Assembly: GCF_000281045.1 (NCBI RefSeq) | Contig: NW_008246077.1 | Span: 981,939-1,020,267, forward strand | DNA: 38,329 bases | From: Saprolegnia diclina VS20 | Taxonomy: Eukaryota | Reading direction: 5' to 3' | Shown: positions 30,915 to 38,329 of the stretch, in pieces | Layout: every line of letters starts with the position of its first letter | Position numbering within the stretch: position 1 is the stretch's first letter | The notes under the pieces: model-generated | The model's input: the letters and a program-made list of their open reading frames with translations, nothing else | What the model was told of the DNA's origin: nothing | The model's database searches: none | Made by a program: the position numbers and the translations under genes

Positions 30915-32225
30915 TTACTTCTTGCCATCGTAGGCCTGGAGGAGACCGACGTAAGCGAGGCCCGAGTCGGCGCACGCCGCAAGGATCGCGTACTTGCCGC
31001 CTTCCTTGACGAGCTTGTTCGAGGCCGTGTTGACGAGACGCGAGCCCGTGGCACCGAACGGGTGGCCGAGCGCGAGCGAGCCGCCCCACGTGTTGAGCTT
31101 CGACTTGTCGACCTTGCCGACCGCGGTCGGCCAGTCAAACTCGGTCTTGCAGAACTCCTCATCAGCGAGCGCGTTCAAGTTGGCAAGGACCTGGCCGGCA
31201 AACGCTTCGTGGATCTCAAAGTGGTCAATGTCCGAGAGCGTCAAGTTGTGCTTCTTCAAGACCTTGGCGATGCCGTAGGCCGGGCCAAGCAGAAGCGAGT
31301 CGAACGGGTCGACGCCGACAAAGGTCGAGTCAAGGATGATCGACTTGGGCGTGTAGCCGAGCTCGAGGGCCTTGGTCTCCGACATGATGAGCGTCGCGGC
31401 CGAGCCGTCCGTCAAGAACGACGAGTTACCGGCCGTGTGCGTGCCGTGGGGCTTGACAAAGGCGGGCTTGAGCGACGTGAGCTTCTCGATCGACGTGTTG
31501 GGGTTGATGCCGTTCTCGGCCGTCGAGCCCTTGAACGGGATGATCTCGCCATCGTACTTGCCTTCGGCGTGGGCCTTGGCAGCGTTCAGGTGGCTCTGGA
31601 TGCTGAGCTCGTCCATCTCCTTGCGGGTGACACCAAAGCGCGCGGCGAGGCGGTCGCTCGAGTTACCCATGACCTCGTTCGTGTGGAAGTTCTTGATGGC
31701 AGGCGCCTCGGGCGAAAAGTCGGCGGCCTTCAAGCCCTTGAGGAGCTTGAGGATGCCAGCCGGGCCGCCTTTCATGGCCTTGGCCGCGCCAATCATGCGC
31801 TTGCGCAACGGGCGGGCAAAGCGGATCGGGACATCCGAGAACGTCTCGACACCACCGGCAACGATAATGTCCATGCCGCCGGCGACAATCTTGTCGGCGG
31901 CCTGCGAGATAGCCTGGCTCGACGAGATGCACGCCTGCGTGACCGTGTGCGCGGGAATGTGCTTGGGGATGCCGGCGCCGAGCGCGGCCTCACGCGCAAT
32001 GTTGCTCGTGCGCACTTCCTGGATGACCGTGCCGCAAATGACATAGTCGACGTCGGCCGGGTTGAGCGCCGTCTTGTTGAGGAGGCCCTTGATCGACTCG
32101 CGCATGAGGTCGTACGCCATCATGTCCTCGTAGACCGTGCTCGTCTTGTGGAACGGAAGGCGGACGCCATCGACGACGACGGCGCGGCGGACCGTGCTAA
32201 AGTTGCGGGCGAATACGCGTTGCAT
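30915..32225 (-). CDS. HADHB: 3-ketoacyl-CoA thiolase, trifunctional enzyme beta subunit-like (mitochondrial)
   Basis: Presequence MQRVFARNFST, VIQEVRTSNIAREAALGAG, nucleophile motif ACISS, HEAF motif (characteristic of the TFE-beta type), GSLALGHPFGATG and AACA. Confidence 0.9.
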   Translation of the reverse strand: MQRVFARNFSTVRRAVVVDGVRLPFHKTSTVYEDMMAYDLMRESIKGLLNKTALNPADVDYVICGTVIQEVRTSNIAREAALGAGIPKHIPAHTVTQACISSSQAISQAADKIVAGGMDIIVAGGVETFSDVPIRFARPLRKRMIGAAKAMKGGPAGILKLLKGLKAADFSPEAPAIKNFHTNEVMGNSSDRLAARFGVTRKEMDELSIQSHLNAAKAHAEGKYDGEIIPFKGSTAENGINPNTSIEKLTSLKPAFVKPHGTHTAGNSSFLTDGSAATLIMSETKALELGYTPKSIILDSTFVGVDPFDSLLLGPAYGIAKVLKKHNLTLSDIDHFEIHEAFAGQVLANLNALADEEFCKTEFDWPTAVGKVDKSKLNTWGGSLALGHPFGATGSRLVNTASNKLVKEGGKYAILAACADSGLAYVGLLQAYDGKK

Positions 32226-32763
32226 CTCGGGTGCGACTGAGGACGACGATTGCAATGTGTGGCTCGAGGAGATCTCTGTTTAGAAAACGACCGCCTTGTT
32301 TGCTCAACAACGTTGAAGTTCCAGCAAGTGCGCCTCCATACTAACTACACGAGACGCCCTAAGTGCGGGTCAACTACGATCGTGACACGTGCTGGTCAGG
32401 TCACGTGCGACTTCAACGTGGCGCGCTGCATGGCCAGGAAGCCGGCTGCATGGCCGCGCCAGCGACGCGCTGCGTATGCTAGTATCAACGCTGTGATGTG
32501 AATAGGTCGGGATGTAGGCGACGAGACTTTGTGGCTTTATGAACTCTGGCAGCACTTGGGTACCACCCACAGAGAGTGGTGCACTGTACTTTGGTAGCAG
32601 ACCGAATCACGACGATGCGCCTGTGGTCAGCGACACCGTGGAGAGGCTTTGCTTGCTCTCGGTCGATGGCGCGGAGGGCAAGACAGCATGGTGGACGCAT
32701 ATACTAGCCCAATACTCTATCGACTACTCCATGTCGTGTCGAGGGCTGTAGTATACTAGAAGA

Positions 32764-34331
32764 CTAGATGGCCCCGGGCTGGCTCCCAATGAACGACGCG
32801 AGGTCCGAGACGGTCTTGGGGATCGACGAGGTCAGGACTTCGATGCCGGACTCGGTAATCTACGAGGTGGACGTGAGAGAATAAGAGACGCGCATGCTTG
32901 CTGTGTCTACCAAGACGTCGTCTTCGATGCGGATGCCAATGCCGCGGTACGCCGACGGAATGCTCTCGTCGTTCTGCGGGAGGTAGATACCCGGCTCAAT
33001 TGTGATGATCATGCCGGGCTGGAGCGGGTGCGACCGCGCGTACGTGGGCGTATCGTGCACGTCCATGCCCAAGTAGTGGCCCAAGTGCGTCGGGTTGTAC
33101 TTGCGGAAGGCCATGTCGAGGGCCGCCGAGCCTTTCGCCAAGTGCCGCGGCAGAATACCAAACTCCTGCATGCCGTCCACGAGCAGTCCGACCGAGAAGA
33201 GGTGGAGCTCGTCGAGCGACAACGATTCCTTCTGCTCCATCTTCAGTCGAAGACGCTCCAAGCACTGCAGCTGGACGTCGAGGATGAGCGAATACAAGTC
33301 CAGCTGCGGCGGCGTGAAGCGACCGGTCGTTGGCCACGTGCGCGTGATGTCGCTGACGTAGTTGCCCGTGACTTCGCAGCCCGAGTCCATGAGCACGAGC
33401 TCGTCGGGCTTGAGAATGCCCCGTTTGGCGAGGTAGTGGATCACCGCGCCATTGCTGCCCGCGCCGACGACGCACGGAAACGCATTGCGCAGCGAGCCTT
33501 GACGCCGGCAGTAGCCTTCGAACGTGCCCGCGAGGCCGATCTCGAGCTGCCCCGGTGCCGACTGCGCCATGAGGTTGGCGAAAGCACCAGCGCCAATGTT
33601 GCACGCATGGCGCATCTTGGTGACTTCGGTCGGTGACTTGAAGACGCGCAGCATGTCGATGAGGCTGTCGGCCATCTGGATGCTGTGCGTCGCTTGCAGC
33701 GGCCGCGTCGCGTTCAAGAAGCGCGAGGGGTACTTGTTCTGGACCGCGCGCGTGATGCAGATCTGGGTCGCGGGCGACACAAGCGTCGGCAGCTTGGCCT
33801 CAAACTGGTCGAGAGTGAACGCGTCGTCCGCACCGTACGACGCCTTGGCCGACGGCACGTCGACGCGAGGTCCGTCCCACTGCTCGCTATTCGCATGAGC
33901 GATGAGCGTCCTTCCTACGCGCACGAGCTAGTACCTGTGGGCGTCGCGCGGGCGCACAAACATGACAAAGCTCGTGGCGTCGGCCGCGTCCTTCTTGAGG
34001 ACCGCGATCGCCTCGGGCTCCTCGAGGCCCGTCAAGTAGAGAAAGTGCGAGTCCTGGCGAAAGTCGTACGGGATATCATGCGCCATGTACTTTTCCTCGG
34101 CGGCATTGAGCTAGCCATGAGGTTGTGGAGACGACGACGATGGGCACGACAACGTACGATGAGGATCGAGTCGCGGGGCATGAGCTCAAAGGCGCGCTGG
34201 CGCCGGGCCTGGAACTCGCTCGCGGAGATGCCAGGGACTAGATCGCCGACGCCGAGCGCGAACGGGCTCGTCGAGAGCTGGCGCACGGACGCGCGGAGAC
34301 GCGAGAGCAGGCGCGGGGCTTGGAACGCCAT
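32764..34331 (-). CDS. XPNPEP3: Xaa-Pro aminopeptidase 3 / intermediate cleaving peptidase 55 (M24B), mitochondrial
   Basis: Presequence MAFQAPRLLSRLRASVRQLS, AMP_N motif YDFRQDSHFLYLTGLEEP, and metal-ligand motifs LMDSGCE, SDITRTWP, HLGHYLGMDVHD, TIEPGIY and RIEDD. Three introns; the last exon ends GSQPGAI-stop at 32764. Confidence 0.9.
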
Positions 34332-35283
34332 CGTCGTCGCGCTGCAAAATGGTGCGATTGGCCATCCGCCTATCGAATGTCAAAGGTTTTAGTGAAATTG
34401 ATTGTTAGAGGTTTTGTACTTCAACTGCAACGCTGTTGCCAGTGCCAAATTGTACAATGAACATACAAGACCGTTGCAATCTCTCGCATTGTGGATGCAA
34501 CGTACGCAGCACAATGGTACCCGACTCCACTCGAGGACCTCCACCAGTGTGCTGGTATATGAAAGAGCTTTTCGTAGCTTCCATGTTGAATGCGCTCGCG
34601 TCGACGGTTGCTGCTCGACTCGTTGTTAATACTTAAGACCTATGGACCATTAGTAGAACTTCTAGTCACCGTTAGTACTTTCGCAGTCTTGGCGAGTGCG
34701 CTTGGCGTTGACACGCAAGGACGCGGGGTCAAAGACAGACTCGTCGCTTGGTTTTGACGCTAAACCGTCTTGACACGTAGCTTGCAATCGCCACCGAGGA
34801 CCGCGTCTCGCTGGACAGCTCACGATGCTCTCCGTCTTGCCAAGAGACTTCCGGTACCCTCTTGCGGCGGCGTCATTCGAGCTTGATTTCGTTGTAGCAT
34901 TGAGTTGGCATCTTGAGCCCAATGTGCTGAGTTGTCGTTGGCGGACCTGCGTGCTTTTTCAATGGCATCAATGTCTCCACATCGCCAAGGACAATTACAC
35001 TAATAACGTTAGTACCACACTATACTTGTGTACAACAACTCGACTAGCCGTCATAACGATCTACGTCCATGGCTCGAAGAACCACACGCACCACCCCATA
35101 GCCGAGCACGCCACAGCGCCCGCTTGCAGCACCTTGCAGCGCGATCAACTACCTTGAAGTTTGTATGGCCCGTGTCGCCCGGCTTCTCCATACAAAAACA
35201 AAGTACAAAAGATACACCAACGGTTTTCAGCTGTTTGCGGCCGTCTCGCAACGCGCAGTGCATTTCTCGATTGCCCAACTGGC

Positions 35284-38133
35284 ATGCATCGATCTCGATC
35301 CCGCGAACGCTCGGCCCGGCGGTCACGCTCGCGCTCGCCAGCACGCGGTCCTCCGCGCTCACCACGCAACAACGGCGGTGGCAGCCGCTATGGCGGCGAC
35401 CGCGGCCACAATGACCGTGGCGGCTACGGAGGCGGCGACCGTGGCGGTGACCGGGGCGGCGACCGGGGCGGTGGCTACGGCGGTGGTGGTGGCGGCGGCT
35501 TCAACGGTGGACGTGACGGTGGTGGCGGCCGAGGTGGTCGCGGTGCCTTTCAAGGTGGTCGTGGCGGTCGCGGTCGCGGCGGCAACTTTTCGATTCCATC
35601 AGGGCCGCCGCCGGAGCCCGTCAAGTCGGAGCTCTTCCCGCCGCAAGTCAACACGCTGTACCCATGCCGCCCGTCGTTTGGTACGGCGGGCAAGCGCATT
35701 GTCGTGTGGGCCAACCACTTCCAAGTCGACTTGAAGCCGCAAGGCGACGTCTTCCACTACGACATTGGCATTGCACCGGAGGGCAAGCCACCCCAGAACG
35801 AGCCGCCGCCCAAAGACCTCTGCCTCAAGGTGCTTGCCGTGCTCACCGACGTGATCAAGGCCGAGTTTCCGCAGTACGTGGTCGTGCATGATGGCCGGCG
35901 CAACTTGTACACGCCGTCCAAGTTGCCGTTTGAGTTGCATCTCTTCAAGTGCGTGCTCACGAACGACGCGCGCCCCAAGGTGTTTGACGTGTACGTCAAG
36001 GAAGCCGACCCGTGCAGCGTGCGCATGGAGCAGGTGTGGGACTTCTTCTCGGGCCAGCTCAACTACACGCCGTACGAGGCCATCCAAGCGCTCGACATTG
36101 CGCTGCGCTACTCGGCGACCTCGCGCTTTACGGCGGTCGGGCGCAACTTTTTCTCCCCGGACAAGTCGGCTCGTCTCGGTGAAGGCGCCGAAGTGTGGTT
36201 TGGCTACCACCAGTCGCTGCGCCCGACGCAGACCAAGTTGACGCTCAACATTGACATGGCGGCGTCCGCGTTCCTCGAGGCGGTCCCGGCGCTCGATTAC
36301 ATGAGCGAAGCGTGCGGTCTCCGCGGCGTCCCGAACCAGCTCAGTCCGCAGCAGCACCACGCGGTCGCCAAGGCCTTCAAGGGCGTCAAGGTGCGCGTCT
36401 TGCACCGCCCCAACATCAAGCGCGCGTTCAAGATTGTGGCCATCTCGAAAGAGTCGGCGGCGCATCGCTTCTTCAAGGACGCCGAGGGCAAGGACGTGTC
36501 GATCGCCGAGTACTTTGCAAAGACGTACAAGCCGCTGCAGTTTCCGCACCTGCCGTGCTTCCAGGTCGGCTCCAAGACGAGCTCCAACTTTTTGCCGATC
36601 GAAGTGTGCCACATTGCCGAGAACCAGCGCATGCCCCGCAAGGTCTCGGACACGCAAGTCGCGTCGATGATCCGGTACACGTGCACCCACCCCGAGGAGC
36701 GCCGGCGCAAGATTGAGGAGAAGGTCAAGGAAGCCCACTTTGAAGCCGACACGTGCCTTGCTGCGTTTGGGGCGACCTTGAACCCCAAGATGCTCGCGAT
36801 CGAAGCCCGCGTGCTGCCCGACCCCAAGCTGCGCTACGCCCGCGACGCGATCGAGGTGCCGGCGGCCGGCGCCTGGAACATGCGCAACAAGGGCTTCTTT
36901 GAAGGCATGGCCATCGAGTCGTTTGCCGTCCTCTCGCTCTGCCACGAGCGCGACTCGCGGTCGATTGACGATTTCTTCGGCGCCCTCGTGAGCCAGCTCG
37001 GGATGCTCAACATGCGCGGGCCGTCCAAGCCGCCGCCGGTCCTCTTGCGCCGCGGCGAGTCGGTCGAAAGCCTCTTTGGCCGCGCGATCGACGCGGCCAC
37101 GCAGGTCTATGGTCTCCCGGCCCAAGTCGTCTTTAGCGTGCACCCAGATACGTCGGTCATGAACTATGGCGACCTCAAGCGCGCGTCGGACGTGACGTTT
37201 GGCATTCCGTCGCAGTGCCTCCTTCTCAAGCACGCGCAGCAAAAGAAGCCGCAGTACATGGCCAACCTCTTGATGAAGGTCAACGTCAAGCTCGGCGGGC
37301 GCAACGCGGTCTGCTCGGAGCCGCTCCCCAAGGTGGCCGAAGTGCCCACGATCATCTTGGGCTGCGACGTGAGCCACCCGGGCCCGGGCGACAAGAGCCG
37401 CCCGTCGATCGCGTCGGTCGTGGCGACCATGGATGCGTACGCGTGCTACCACGCGGCCTCGGTGCGCAAGCAAGGCCATCGCGTCGACATCATCGAGGAC
37501 CTTGAAGGCATGGTCAACGAGCTCCTCCGGCAGTTTTACGCCGAGACGCGCCTCAAGCCTTTGCGCATCCTTGTCTACCGCGACGGCGTCAGCGAAGGCC
37601 AGTTCCAGCACGTCTTGACGCACGAGATTGCCGCCATTCGCCGCGCGACGGCCAAGCTCGAGGAGGGCTACAACCCGCAGGTGACGTTTGTCGTCGTCCA
37701 AAAGCGCCACCACACGCGGTTCTTCCCGACGTCGCAGGCCGACGCCGACCGCAGCGGCAACGTGAAGGCCGGCACAGTCGTCGACACGGGCGTGTGCCAC
37801 CCGACCGAGTACGACTTCTATCTCATGAGCCACGCGGGCCTCCAAGGCACGAGCCGCCCGGCCCACTACCACGTGCTCTTGGACGAGATTCAATTTTCGC
37901 CGGACGAGCTCCAGAACCTCACGTACCAGCTGTGCTATACGTTTGCCCGCTGCACGCGGTCCGTCTCGATCGTACCCGCTGTCTACTACGCCAAGCTCGT
38001 CGGCGACCGCACGCGCCTCTTTCTGCAAGAGAGCAGCGACGGCGGCTCGACGATCGACGGTACCTTTGTCGAGTCGACGGGTCGCATCATGGACGTGCAC
38101 CGCAACCTCGGCCGCCTCATGTACTATGTCTAA
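35284..38133 (+). CDS. AGO: Argonaute protein (RS/RGG N-terminus, N, L1, PAZ, L2, MID, PIWI), intronless, about 949 aa
   Basis: Motifs RPSFGTAGKRIVVWANHF, GEGAEVWFGYHQSLRPTQ, PAZ (SIAEYFAKTYKPLQFPHLPC...FLPIEVC), MID (YGDLKR...SQC...NLLMKVNVKLGG) and PIWI (GCDVSHPG, YRDGVSEGQF, VQKRHHTRFF, HAGLQGTSRPAHYHVL, RCTRSVSIVP). First in-frame ATG at 35284. Confidence 0.97.
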   Translation: MHRSRSRERSARRSRSRSPARGPPRSPRNNGGGSRYGGDRGHNDRGGYGGGDRGGDRGGDRGGGYGGGGGGGFNGGRDGGGGRGGRGAFQGGRGGRGRGGNFSIPSGPPPEPVKSELFPPQVNTLYPCRPSFGTAGKRIVVWANHFQVDLKPQGDVFHYDIGIAPEGKPPQNEPPPKDLCLKVLAVLTDVIKAEFPQYVVVHDGRRNLYTPSKLPFELHLFKCVLTNDARPKVFDVYVKEADPCSVRMEQVWDFFSGQLNYTPYEAIQALDIALRYSATSRFTAVGRNFFSPDKSARLGEGAEVWFGYHQSLRPTQTKLTLNIDMAASAFLEAVPALDYMSEACGLRGVPNQLSPQQHHAVAKAFKGVKVRVLHRPNIKRAFKIVAISKESAAHRFFKDAEGKDVSIAEYFAKTYKPLQFPHLPCFQVGSKTSSNFLPIEVCHIAENQRMPRKVSDTQVASMIRYTCTHPEERRRKIEEKVKEAHFEADTCLAAFGATLNPKMLAIEARVLPDPKLRYARDAIEVPAAGAWNMRNKGFFEGMAIESFAVLSLCHERDSRSIDDFFGALVSQLGMLNMRGPSKPPPVLLRRGESVESLFGRAIDAATQVYGLPAQVVFSVHPDTSVMNYGDLKRASDVTFGIPSQCLLLKHAQQKKPQYMANLLMKVNVKLGGRNAVCSEPLPKVAEVPTIILGCDVSHPGPGDKSRPSIASVVATMDAYACYHAASVRKQGHRVDIIEDLEGMVNELLRQFYAETRLKPLRILVYRDGVSEGQFQHVLTHEIAAIRRATAKLEEGYNPQVTFVVVQKRHHTRFFPTSQADADRSGNVKAGTVVDTGVCHPTEYDFYLMSHAGLQGTSRPAHYHVLLDEIQFSPDELQNLTYQLCYTFARCTRSVSIVPAVYYAKLVGDRTRLFLQESSDGGSTIDGTFVESTGRIMDVHRNLGRLMYYV

Positions 38134-38329
38134 TCTCTGTCGCTTGAGTTTACGAAGAAGTTTTGGTACCTTCCCTTGGAGTTTGATGCAATCTGGTCGT
38201 GACGTGGCATGGCTGTGGTGCTGAGGCCGATACTACTTGTTAGGCGAATTCGAGCGAGGTGTGTGCACGGCATACAAATCACGAGTCAAAACGATGGTTG
38301 CCAGAGTAATAGCCAATCACATCGCTCGC

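Noticed and set aside
34400..35160. Small ORFs upstream of Argonaute (e.g. 34662..34922 minus) as a partner gene
   Set aside because: Non-ATG or weak starts, no recognisable domain and no consistent splice model. There is no evidence of a prokaryote-style Ago operon; this is a eukaryotic long Ago.
35161..35283. 41-aa N-terminal extension of Argonaute in the ORF track
   Set aside because: It starts at TTG in AT-richer promoter-like sequence. The first ATG is at 35284.

Overview
Gene-dense eukaryotic DNA, most likely from an oomycete of the Saprolegnia/Achlya type. That placement is inferred from GC-rich third codon positions, many 36-70 nt GT-AG introns, short intergenic gaps and an oomycete-like initiator motif; it is not proven. 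About 13 spliced protein-coding loci are present, left to right: an ankyrin-repeat TRP-like cation channel with two in-frame TGA stops; a MULE/FAR1-like zinc-finger protein next to a 61-bp near-perfect palindrome; a large NHL-LCCL-EGF type I membrane protein; a TPR-Kelch-MYND protein; a multi-PDZ-PH scaffold head-to-head with an IQ/WW tandem-repeat protein; MPP-beta; a VAMP7-like longin SNARE; proteasome alpha-3/PSMA4; a fatty acid hydroxylase/sterol desaturase; NSA2; a HADHB-type thiolase; XPNPEP3/Icp55; and an intronless Argonaute. The most unusual signals are the Argonaute (SR-like RS plus RGG N-terminus, D-D-D-K at the DEDH catalytic positions), the conserved TPRR CDK-type site before five IQ-WW repeats, the disrupted TRP channel and the palindrome. 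No rRNA, tRNA or CRISPR array was recognised. Exon boundaries were read by eye.
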